Origin: Octopus sinensis
Taxonomy: Eukaryota
NCBI RefSeq assembly: GCF_006345805.1
Contig: NC_043003.1
Location: 31,310,001 to 31,374,000 of the forward strand
Length of the DNA: 64,000 nucleotides
Direction: 5' to 3'
Shown here: positions 52,917-64,000 of the stretch, in pieces
Position numbering within the stretch: position 1 is the stretch's first letter
Layout of the letters: each line of letters starts with the position of its first letter
Notes under the pieces: generated by a model
Seen by the model: only the letters and a program-made list of their open reading frames with translations
What the model was told of the DNA's origin: nothing
Databases searched by the model: none
Translations under genes and position numbers: made by a program

Positions 52917-53551
52917 TCTATATATATAAAACTGTAGTTGTGTGAGTGTCTGTCCCCTTCGATTTAGATTCCTAACTACTCCCACATTTTGCAGTGCAGT
53001 TTAACCAAATTCGGGTAGCTTATAGTCGTGATTCATATCGAGCGCGTCTGAATATTAGCGCGCGTCTACGATGAGTCTACGATTTTAAAAATAATTTAAC
53101 ATCATTTTTTATTCCATTTTTAATGCATAATTTTTCGTGTGTCGATGGCGGCGGAGTTGGCGTCCACGCTCACACCTGCACCTGTGGGAAGGGAGTGTAA
53201 GGAAATCAACGTCGTAATGCGTTGTCAAGGAGACCAGTGTTCTTTTAGAACAACGACTTCATGGCTTGAAGACACCAAAACAGAAATGGCTAAGAAAGCG
53301 TCTACATGAGTCTACGATTAAAAAAAAAATTACCATCGTTTTTTTTTCATTTTAATGCATTTTTTCGCTATTATATAAGGGAAGTAACTCTCTAAAAATG
53401 TCTACGATGAGTCAACGATTTAAAAAAAATTTACCATCATATTTTTTCCATTTTTAATGCATTTTTTGCTATTTTTTGGCTATAAATCTCTAAAAATGCT
53501 TATATAGTTATTTCCCTTACAAACCCGAGCAACGCCGGGCGATACTGCTAG
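52917..53551 (+). mobile_element. Non-autonomous Helitron A (635 bp)
   Basis: 5' TC after A; 3' hairpin cccgagcaacgccggg followed by cgatactg-CTAG then T; no TSD. Confidence 0.85.
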
Positions 53552-54750
53552 TCTTATTATAAAAGGCAGATTTTATCTGCCTCCTTTTGTCTCTTATAGA
53601 AATCTACAATATAGGAGTTCTTCAATTACAATTTACCTAGCATTTTTAAGAGTAGAATAAATCGGGTCGTGCCAGGTCCAGTTTTTCAAATTTCAACCCC
53701 AATTAAGCAAAATTTAGAGAAAACTCACATTGTGGTGTGTAAGTCAAGTGCTTTTCTTAGTGTGGGCTACAGCACACGTACACACACACATACAAAAACG
53801 GAGCGATCTGCTTCACTCACGCTATCACCCTAATTTCTCCTCCTTACTCTTTGCAAGTGTGCAACGATTAAAGTGAAAGTATTTCTATAAAACGAGAGAA
53901 GTGTACTTTAAACCACTACTCAAAAAAACAAAACAGCAAACAGAAACAAATAAATACATAACGATTTACTCCTCACACAATTTCTTCAATTACAGTTTAC
54001 CTATGATTTTTACAAGTACTTCCATTCGGTCATGCCATACAAAATTTCTTTCAATTTCACCCCCAATTAAGACAAAATTCAATATTTTAACATTTCACTC
54101 CGAAAGCATTGATGTACATGTGTGCGTGCGTGAGTGTGTGTGTGTATGTGTGTTTGATGGGGTGTGCGACAAAGAAAGTGTGGTGTGTAAGTGAAGTGCT
54201 TTTGTTAGTGTGTGTAAAGAGACAGAGAGAGTAATGTTGTGCTGTGTACCTAAAGCACGCACACACACACACACAAGCGGAGCGCGAACTTCAAAAGAAC
54301 TTCGCGCGCTATCTATCTGGTTTGCCATTCCTCACACACACGCATACACATACATATATGACAGTGACAAACACAAACGTTTCAAACAACTACATACAAA
54401 CACTCAAACACACACACACGTGTGTGTTTGTTATTAGTAAAAAAGGCACCAAACACAACTCACTTCTCATTCGAACACATTTGCAAAAACACACCGACGC
54501 TCGGATTGCCATAACCTTTCATTTCATTTCATTTGAGTTTGAGTCCATGCTCAGGCCAAGTCGAAGACTCCACCCCCAGAGTCTGGTGTGGTTGCCAGGT
54601 TGTATTCTCTGTTTAATTTTGACATGTGCAGGAGCGAGTTTGAGTCAGTTTGTGCTCGTTGTGTATATCAATACAGAAAAGGTAAATTGGTTTTTACTTT
54701 ACTTTCTGTCGTTAAATTTTGGTAGTATTAATTGGCGAGCGTACTTCTGT
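53552..54750 (+). mobile_element. Helitron-like family B copy 2
   Basis: Begins TC directly after the CTAG of Helitron A; collinear with 51721 and 63054; 3' boundary uncertain. Confidence 0.65.
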
Positions 54751-54912
54751 TGTCAATTGTTGACAGAAAGAAATTGTAAGCTAATAAGGTGTGTGTGTGT
54801 GCGTAGGAAGTGAAGGATAAAAATATTGCAAGAAGTGGACAGATGTACATATATACATCCATACATACATGTGTGTGTGTGTCTATGTATGTGTATTGAT
54901 GTGTGTGTGTTA

Positions 54913-55270
54913 TCTCTATATAAAGCTGAAGTTGTCTGTGTGCGCCACGTTTGGTAACCTTCAACTAACACTATCTCCTCCGAGACCCTACGGCGCAAGT
55001 TGACCAACATTGAGAGTATGATAGAAGAAGGGTTGCTCTTCCTTCCGTAGAACATAAAATTAAAATCGGACCATGTTAACACCAAAAATTATTTACATCA
55101 AAAAGCTGCTTTTTTCTATGAAAATCCCTATTTTTTACGATTTTTTCACTGCTGTGTCGCCACTTTTCGGTATATTTCGACCAGAAAAATGTTCACAAAA
55201 GTTTTACTTTTTAAAATTACAATTCCAGCGGGTCGAAACAAACCCGAGCAACGCCGGGCGATACTGCTAG
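54913..55270 (+). mobile_element. Non-autonomous Helitron C (358 bp)
   Basis: 5' TCTCTATATAAAG; terminal aaacccgagcaacgccgggcgatactgCTAG identical to Helitron A. Confidence 0.85.
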
Positions 55271-55617
55271 TATATATATAAATGGCAAAATGTCTGCGTG
55301 TGTGTCCTTTATACAAATCCACAACTTTTCAGTTAGAGAGCTCGCACTTTCTATGGTCATTCAAAACCATCCAAGGGTGGCCGTGCACATCTTTACATTT
55401 CCCCAGTCACCACGCAAAAAATCGATAGAAGTGACGTTTTTGTGAATTTTCTATCCAAAACCCAATCAAAATGCCCGAAACTTGATACGCCGATTGAATG
55501 CCAGCTAGCTGTATGTGATTGGTCGGAGATTTGGACAGTACTCACGTGTATGTGCGCACGCAACTGTATATGCGTGCTCTAGCACTATGACCCGGCAACG
55601 CCGGGTCATAGTGCTAG
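55271..55617 (+). mobile_element. Non-autonomous Helitron D
   Basis: Abuts the CTAG of C; ends in a perfect 18-bp-stem hairpin terminating in CTAG followed by T. Confidence 0.8.
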
Positions 55618-55764
55618 TAATATAATATTTTGTTAATAAATTAAAATATGTCAATCGTAAATCTCCATTTTCTTTTAATTTTTATATATTAAATATTAAT
55701 TCATATTTTTTCTATTTCTTAAATCAATCTTAAAGAAATTCTAGGTGAATGAATCGACTTCACC

Positions 55765-56530
55765 GCTTATATTTCAAGCTTAGTAATTCTATCGGTTTTT
55801 TTTGCCGAGCCACTAAATTAGGCGGTCACAAACACACCAGCACTGGTTGGCCAGTGGTAGAGGGGGTTAAACACAAACGCACTCACGCCCACGCACACAA
55901 ACATACATATACGGAGGGCTTCCTTCAGTTTCCCTCTGCCAAATCACTCACAAGGCTTTGGTCCGTCTGAGGTTATATTAGAAGAAACTAACCCAAGGTG
56001 TCATGCAGTGGGACAACTCGGAACGGAACCATGTGGTTCAAAGGCAAGCTTCTTACCACAAAGTCACACCTGCGTTATGTATATATATATTTATTATACA
56101 TATATACATACATACTCTTTTACTTGTTTTTCTTTTACTTGTTTAAGTGATGTGACGGTGGCCATGCTGGAGAACCACCTTTTAGTAGAGCAAATCGCCC
56201 CCAGGACTTATTCTTTGTAAGCCTAGCATTTATTCTATAGGTTTCTTTTGCCGAACCGCTAAGTTACGGGGACGTAAGCACACCACCCTCGGTTGTCAAC
56301 CGATGTTGGGGGGACAAACACAAACACACAAACATACACACACACACACACACACTCACATATATATATAAAATATATACGACAGGCTTCTTTCAGTTTC
56401 CGTCTACCAAACCCACTCACAAGGCTTTGGTCGGCCCGAGGCTATAGTAGAAGACACTTGCCCAAGGTGCCACGCAGTGGGTCTGAACCTGGAACCATGT
56501 GGTTCGTAAGCAAGCTACTTTGCACACACC
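55765..56530 (-). mobile_element. Two tandem SINE family B copies (55765-56075, 56115-56530)
   Basis: Each has body, (CA)n and head blocks. Confidence 0.85.
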
Positions 56531-56532
56531 CA

Positions 56533-56589
<57 letters not shown>

Positions 56590-56592
<3 letters not shown>

Positions 56593-56900
56593 CCATATCC
56601 ATATACATAAATGGCAATTTCTGTCTGTCTGTGGCTGAATGTGTGTGTTTGTGAATTTGTTGCTTTAACTCCTCCGGGACTATCCAACCAATCTTGATGA
56701 AACTTGACACGTGTGTGGGGCTTATGCACATGCGGTTAGTTATGCACTTGGAATTTTGAAAAACAATCGATAATTTTTAATCAGCGTTGATTTTTCAAAA
56801 ATCAATAGGACATTTCAATACAAATTCTCATATGTATGTTATTTTCAGCCATAACTTTTAAAGTTTTCAACAGATTTTCTGGAAATTTTATGCAAAGATG
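56590..56900 (+). mobile_element. Possible Helitron-like 5' fragment
   Basis: tccatatacataaatggcaatttctgtctgtc resembles the 5' end of D; ccaatcttgatgaaacttg motif; no 3' end found. Confidence 0.35.
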
Positions 56901-57617
56901 AATATATGCTAAAGATGGGTTGAGACAAATACATTGTTACCTAGCAAAGCATAAGATGATTTTTGATTAACTGATTAGCAAAATTTGGCCTAAATTGTCG
57001 TGGAGTTAAAATATGTTCATCAATTATTTCAGCATTCTCAGGTTGCTGTAACAGGTATTTTAACACCTGTACTTAAAACTATCAATTCTAAATGTTGCAG
57101 CATTGTATGCTAAAACATGTAACATGTATTTTCTTAACACCTGCATTTAAAATTGTCAGTTCTAACCATTGCAATTGATATGTGATTCTCACGATCAGTG
57201 GAACTATACCCATGAAACACAGTTGTCAAATTAAGTGCATGTGCAATTAAAATTTTCTCTCAAGTTGCAAGAGAATTTTCCAAAAATAACGAAGATTATA
57301 TTTTTGTATGCTTTGTTTTACTTCCTCATAGCATCTTACGACTCTTATGACCGCCATGTTATCGCCTCTGCACTCCAGCCGTTTTTGTAAGTATAAAATC
57401 TCTTTCCTCTAAGTAATTTTTTCGTTTACTTTTGTATCCTTTACGTTCCTATTTTTCATAGCACTCCTTCACAATTCCCTTCTTGATGTTTCCATTGATT
57501 ATATATTTGCAGATTTCCACTCATCTGATCAAACAATTGTCATTTTCCGATTCCACACGTATTTATTTGTATTATTGTTTTGTGAATGAATTTGCTTATG
57601 CCTTCTATTATCTGTCC

Positions 57618-57834
57618 TATGTTTTGATTTCATTTTTCGTCTGAGAGAAATTAGGCATTCTAATGGGTACTGGGAATAACTCCGTTCCTGGGTATTACTG
57701 GGTGCCTCAGCTAATATATATATATATAAATATATATATGTTTTGATTTCATTTTTCGTCTGAGAGAAATTAGGCATTTTAATGGGTACTGGGAATAACT
57801 CCGTTCCTGGGTATTACCGGGTACCTCAGCTAAT
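57618..57834 (+). repeat. 98-bp tandem duplication separated and followed by (AT)n
   Basis: 57618-57715 vs 57737-57834, 3 substitutions. Confidence 0.95.
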
Positions 57835-57844
57835 ATATATATAT

Positions 57845-57958
<114 letters not shown>

Positions 57959-58780
57959 CATACATGCATGCATATGTATATATGTGTTTTACTATCTTGA
58001 CATCACATGATAGTTGTTAATGAATGTTGCTATCATACAAGTAGTGTCTTGTATTTCCAATCTTCTGTGAAAACATGTCTGGTCATGGGGAAATATTACC
58101 TTGCATGAAAACAGATAAGGTTGGGTAACGAATTCCATCCATCCTGTCTGAGCATGGAAAACTGGACATTAAAATAATGATGTTGATGATGAGGATAATG
58201 ATACATATCCAAAGGCTTCTTTCTGTTTCCATCTACCAAATCTAATTACAATGTTTGGTCAGTCTGGAACTGAAGTAGAAGACACTTGGCCAAGATGCTA
58301 TGCAGTGGGACTGAACCTGAAACTACTTGCCTCGGAAACAAATGTCTTACCACACAGCCATGCCTCTGTCTAAGTTAATATCACATTCAGAAAAGAAAAG
58401 GAAATAACTTCCCATTCAAATCTATGAATTCTTCAAAGATATTCTTTCTTTTCCAGTGGAAGATGATGATGATGAGAGAGAGAGAGAGAGAAGAGATTTA
58501 AACTTAATTATGAAAATAGGTTGTATCTAATGAAAGTCATCAACTATTAGTAAAACATTCAAAGGCTTTTCAAGTTCATACTGAATAGAAAATTTATGTT
58601 GTGTGTCTCTCTCTTTCGATTTACCACTACTGTTTCTTTAAATTAAATTATGTTTTCCCCAAATCCCAAAAGTTTTCAACTTTCAACTCTATCTCATGAT
58701 TTCAGCATTTGCTGTTTCATTAATTTTTGTTACAGGGAATCCCCTACGAATATTCTTCTTCCTCGTGTTTGTCCCTCTCT

Positions 58781-58820
<40 letters not shown>

Positions 58821-59379
58821 CTTCGATTTACTACCTAATACACCAACAGTCCTCCCCCAACTAATCTCTAACTCGATATAAACTAGCGTATGCTCTGTTT
58901 CTTTTTGCAGCACTCGATTTTCATTTCCTCTGCTGATAAAACACGGATTTCAGAAAATGAGCAGTTAAGCAATTTTGACTTTTACAACCTCGTCCATTCC
59001 TGTTTATGTAACCCTAACCCCTTCCCATTCGTTCTCTATTATCTATTTCTCTATCATGTAAACATAGTACCGATAGCTTCCTTAAGATCATGCATTTTTA
59101 TTCCTCTTTTATTCAAGGTTATCATTTCGTTATTTCATTCTCCCGCTTACAAGTGCAGAAGACGATGCTCTTGTTTCGCGGTACACCCGCCCCCCCCACC
59201 CCTCCACCAAAATCGGAAGTTACTACCTTTGTCTTACTTGTGTACCCCCCCCTGCGAACACTCCCACCCACACCCCCATGTAGGGTTTATTTGATCATAT
59301 AGCTCAAAAAACTGTAGTGTATGTAGGTTGTAGTCTAGTGTTTCTTTATGAAATCTGCCAAATGCAAGCTTTCTTTTCA

Positions 59380-59575
59380 GGTACATGACACTGCTGTCCC
59401 TCATCCCAGGGTCTCACAGGCCCACACCTCCCACACCCTCAGAGTTGGCACATTGAAAGGTAGGTCTGGTGAGATTGTTGAGCTGCTTGAACGGAGACGT
59501 GTGGATTTGTGCTGCATCCAAGAAGTAAGGTGGAGAGGAAGGCAAAGAACACAAGTACAAGATTTCCTGGGCAAG
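59380..59575 (+). mobile_element. RTE-clade LINE 5' fragment (APE N-terminus)
   Basis: HTLRVGTLKGRSGEIVELLERRRVDLCCIQEVRWRG. Confidence 0.8.
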
Positions 59576-59599
59576 CCAAGCCAAGTCAAGCCAAGCCTT

Positions 59600-61150
59600 C
59601 TGTAATAGTGACACCAATGCCACAGCGAGCTCTGGCCGCCATAGCGTCGACTGTGGGTCGGTAACTGTGTACAGTCGCCTCAGTGTCGCGAGATTGATGA
59701 TCCTCAGCACCTTTGGTGGACATCCGATTTTTCGGAACAGGATGAAAAGGATTTTTCTACTTACCAAGTCAAAGGCCTTTGTCCGATCAATGAAGGCTAT
59801 ATATAACGGCATTTTCGGCTCTCTGGACTTCTTCTGAAGTTGGCGTATGGAGAATATCATGTCAATAGTTGATCCACTTCTTCTAAAGCCACACTGCGAT
59901 TCTGGATAAATTCGAGAAGCAAGCAGTTGTAGCCTGGACAGGATAATGTGAGCAAAGGCCTTTCCAACAGTGCTTAGAAGAGATATTCCACGGTAATTAT
60001 TACAATAACCACGGTCACCTTTGTTTTTGTAAAGCGTAATGATGTTAGCATCCCGCATATCCTGAGGGACTGTATCCTCTTCCCAGCTCTGACACAGAAG
60101 CTCATGAAAGTGCCGAGGCAGGATGGTGTTTTTGCCGATTTTGATGATCTCTAAGGGGATGCCGTCTTTTCCCGGAGCCTTGTCACTTGCTAGAGAGTCA
60201 ATAGCCTTGGCGAGCTCTGCTATAAATGACAGACTGTCAAGTTCATACATAACTGGCAAGAACTTGACACCATCGATTGCAGCCTCAGCTACCGTGGACC
60301 CCGTGAGTACAGATCCTGGTAGTACTCCACCCATGTATCCATTTGCTTGCTTTGGTCCTTGATGAGATCTCCAGTAGTTGATTTCAGAGAGGCTGACTTG
60401 GTTGCGGATGGACCGAGGGCCTTCTTCAAACCGGCATACATCCCACGGGTGTCGCCACTGTCAGCAGCTGACTTGATACTCTGACAGATTTCCTGCCAAT
60501 ACCTATTTGCACAGCGTCTGGCAGTCAGTTGGGTTTTATTTTTTGCCCTTTTGAGTTCTTCGAGTATCTTTGTAGGAGAATCACTCTTGTATTGCATCAG
60601 AGCTGCACGCTTTGCTTCGATAACTGTTTCCAGCTCTGAGAGCCCAGCACTGAACAAAATCTGGGTTTTGCCTTTCTCTCATGCCGAAAGTATCTATTGA
60701 TGTGGTATACAAAGCTTCCCTGATATAATTCCACCTACTTTCAGCAGAGGAGGTTGGGCAGCTAGCTACTAAGGGCAACTTTAATAGAAACAGCAAAATA
60801 TGGTCGCAGTGTAGGGTCCGATGTTCTGCCGCCAGTGTTAATGCGTGGTCAGCACATTTTCTTGGAGTGATGGACTTTTTTAGGTAGAATCCTCACCCTG
60901 CTTCTTATTAGTGAATAATCTGTGTCACAATCCATGCTGTGGTAACTACGGGTCAGTTGAGCAGAATTCAGAAAGGATCTTCGTGTAATGATAAGATCCA
61001 GCTGATGCCAGTGGTGAGATCTTGGATGTCTCCAAGATGCCTTGTGGGATGAATTGTTGGCAAAGAATGTGTTGGTGATGCACAGGTTATGGTATGTGCA
61101 AAATTCAAGTAGTCTCTGACCATTGTCATTCATGTTGCTAATACCAAAAC
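59600..61150 (-). mobile_element. RTE/BovB-like LINE fragment (APE C-terminus to RT N-half), pseudogenised
   Basis: NDNGQRLLEFC..NTFF..SWRHPRSHHWHQLDLII; KAPGKDGIP..YKNKGDRGYCNNYRGISLL..PESQCGFR..FID.TKAFDLVSR. Confidence 0.92.
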
Positions 61151-61240
61151 ACATACACTTACATATATACATACATATATATACGATTGATTTGTTTCAG
61201 TTCTTGTCCACGAAATCCACACACACACACACACACACAC

Positions 61241-61303
<63 letters not shown>

Positions 61304-61514
61304 ACACACACACACACAAAGATAAATTGATAGATACAACTGAGTGGGCAAACAAACATATGAGACACTGCATAGTGCTTTTTTATATTTTGATAAGCCT
61401 GGTAATGATTCTATCAGTTTCTTCTTGTGAAACCAGTAAGTTATGGGGATGTAAATAAACGAACACCAGTTGTGAAGCAGTGATGAGGGAGAACACAAAG
61501 ACAATAACATAGAC

Positions 61515-61795
61515 TTACTCTTTTACTTGTTTCGGTCATTTGACTGTGGCCATGCTGGAGCACCGCCTTTAGTCGAGCAAATTGACCGCAGGACTTATTA
61601 TTTATAAGCCTAGTACTTATTCTATCGGTCTCTTTTGCCGAACCGCTAAGTTACGGGGACGTAACACATCAGCATCGGTTGTTAAGCGATGTTGGGAAGA
61701 CAAACACAGACACACAAACATATATACACACATACACACATACATACATACATACATACATACATAATACATACATACATACATACATACATACA

Positions 61796-61831
<36 letters not shown>

Positions 61832-62310
61832 TATCTTTATATATAAAATTGAAGTTGTGTGTGTGAGACTCTGTATCCTCCGATTTAGATTCCTAACTAC
61901 TCCCACATTTTGCGGTGCAGTTTAACCAAAAGCAGGTATCTTGTAGTCGTCATTCATATCGAGCCCTTCTGGGTATTAGCGCGCGTCTACGATGAGTCTA
62001 CGATTTAAAAAAAAAATTACCATCATTTTTACGCATTTTTAATGATTTTTGCTCGTGTTATATAAGGGAGGTAACTCTCTAAAAATGCTTGTATAGTTAT
62101 TTCCCTTACAAACCCGAGCAACACCCGGCGATACTGCTAGTACATATATATATGACGGGCTTCTTTTAGTTTCTGTCTACCAAATTCACTCACACGGCTT
62201 TGGTCGGCCCGAAGCTATAGTAGAAGACACTTGCCCAAGGTGCTACGCAGTGGGACTGAAACCGGAATCATGTGGTTAGTAAGCAAGCTACTTACCACAC
62301 AGCCACCCCT
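61515..62310 (-). mobile_element. SINE family B interrupted by a Helitron
   Basis: Body 61515-61720, microsatellite, Helitron, head 62155-62310. Confidence 0.85.
61834..62140 (+). mobile_element. Short Helitron A-family copy (307 bp)
   Basis: A|TC start, CTAG|T end, hairpin cccgagcaacacccgg; collinear with both ends of 52917-53551 and internally shorter. Confidence 0.85.
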
Positions 62311-62698
62311 ACTTACATATATTCATACATATACATACAATTGATTTCTTTCAGTTTCTGTCTACAAAATCCACTAACAAGGCTTTGGTTGGTCTGAGGC
62401 TATAGTAGAAGACACATGCCAAGTTACCACACAGTGGGACTGAACTGAGGACCATGTGTTTTGGAACCAAGTTTGTTACCACACAGTCACACCTGCATTT
62501 ATGTATATGTTTGTGTGTGTGGGGGGATCGGTGTGTGTGTATGTGTATATATATATGTATGTATATATATATATGTATATATATATGTATATATATGTGT
62601 ACATATTACATCTATATATACATGTTGACATACATGTTTACATATACATGTATATCTATAGAAATACATCTATACATATACATGTATACATATACATC

Positions 62699-62991
62699 TA
62701 TATTAGAAGAAATGAGGTACTCAGAAGATCGGATGGTTTATATTTACAGACATTTATTTATATATTACATTTTTTATATATATATCATATCACTTAGATC
62801 ATTAGCGCTTTCTCCCATTCTAGTGGGGTTTTCAAATCAAACTAAGTTCCTGTGTGGGAAACCCCACTAGAATGGGAGAAAGCTCTAATGATCTAAGTGA
62901 TATGATATATATATATAAAATGTAATATATAAATAAATATCTGTAAATATAAACCATCCGATCTTCTGAGTACCTCATTTCTTCTAATATA
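62699..62991. repeat. Fold-back/MITE-like element: 133-bp inverted arms with 27-nt spacer
   Basis: 62699-62831 / 62859-62991, 3 mismatches counted. Confidence 0.9.
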
Positions 62992-63053
62992 TAATACCTG
63001 TACATCATCTCCAAACCTTCCAATACATATACATATATATATATGCTTCTTTC

Positions 63054-63815
63054 TCTTATTATAAAAGGCAGATTTTATCTGCCTCCCTTTGTAACTTATA
63101 GAAATCTACAATATAGGATTTCTTCAATTACAATTTACCTAGCATTTTTAAGAGTAGAATGCATCGGGTCATGCCAGGTCCAGTTTTTAAAATTTAAACT
63201 CCAATTAAGCAAAATTTACAGAAAACTCACATTCTGGTGTGTATGTCAAATGCTTTTCTTAATGTGGTTTACACCACACGCACACGCACACACACAGTGT
63301 GCAACGAATAAAATGAAAGTAAATAGCGACAGAGTGATTTGAGGAAGACTAAACTGAAAGTATTTAAACCACTACTCAAAAAATAAAAAAACACAGAAAA
63401 CAGAAACAAATAAATACATAACGATTTACTCCTCACACAATTTCTTCAATTAGAGTGTACCCATGATTTTTCAGAGTACTTCAGTGGGTGATGCCATAAA
63501 AAATTTCATTCAATTTTACCACCAATTAAGACAAAATTCGAGAAAACTCAATATTTTAACATATCACTCCGAAAGCATTGATGTACATGTGTGCATGCGT
63601 GAGTGTGTGTGTGTCATTCCTCACACACACGCATACACATACATATATGAGAGTCGCAAACACAAACGTTTCAAACAACTACATACAAACACGTGTGTGT
63701 TTGTTATTAGTAAAAAAGGCGCCAAAACACAACTCACTTATCATTCCAACACATTTGCAAAGACACACGGACGGTGGAATTGCTATAACAATACAGAAAA
63801 GGTAAATTGGTTTTT
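63054..63815 (+). mobile_element. Helitron-like family B copy 3 (internally deleted mosaic of copies 1 and 2)
   Basis: Same 5' TCTTATTATAAAAGGCAG; blocks homologous to 51721-52030 and 53900-54715. Confidence 0.65.
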
Positions 63816-64000
63816 ATTCTACTCTGTATATTTTTATTATATAATATTATATAGATATATGTATATATAATTGCAGTATGAAACAGTGTTTATGTATAAA
63901 CAGACGACACTTATATATAGTTATTATAATAAGAGATTAATAAATGTATGCATCCGTTTAACCCTTTCGTTACCAAACCGCCCGAATTTACCTATTCATA

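Overview
AT-rich, repeat-saturated animal genomic DNA. It is most likely coleoid cephalopod (Octopus-like), inferred from recall of its tRNA-derived SINE families and the dense (AT)n/(CA)n/(AAT)n microsatellites; no database was searched. No intact protein-coding gene is recognisable: almost every ORF in the supplied track is a microsatellite translation or a decayed transposon fragment, and only a few minus-strand candidate exons (about 0.5-3.8 kb and 21 kb) remain. Decayed elements present: three mariner remnants and one Tc1-like remnant, a Gypsy LTR element lacking RT/RNaseH, two Dong/R4-type non-LTR elements stacked in a (TAA)n array, two Penelope-like (PLE) RT/GIY-YIG remnants, a hAT with both TIRs and an 8-bp TSD, two RTE LINE pieces, a head-to-tail array of non-autonomous Helitrons and about 20 SINEs. 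The most interesting signal is a set of minimal type-I hammerhead ribozyme motifs inside fold-back structures: a G3-C8 covariant hammerhead present twice in a 282-bp palindrome (35571-35852), a canonical-core hammerhead preceded by its own antisense arm (42089-42293), and variant or dead relics. Several (AT)n-bounded near-identical duplications may be assembly artefacts.
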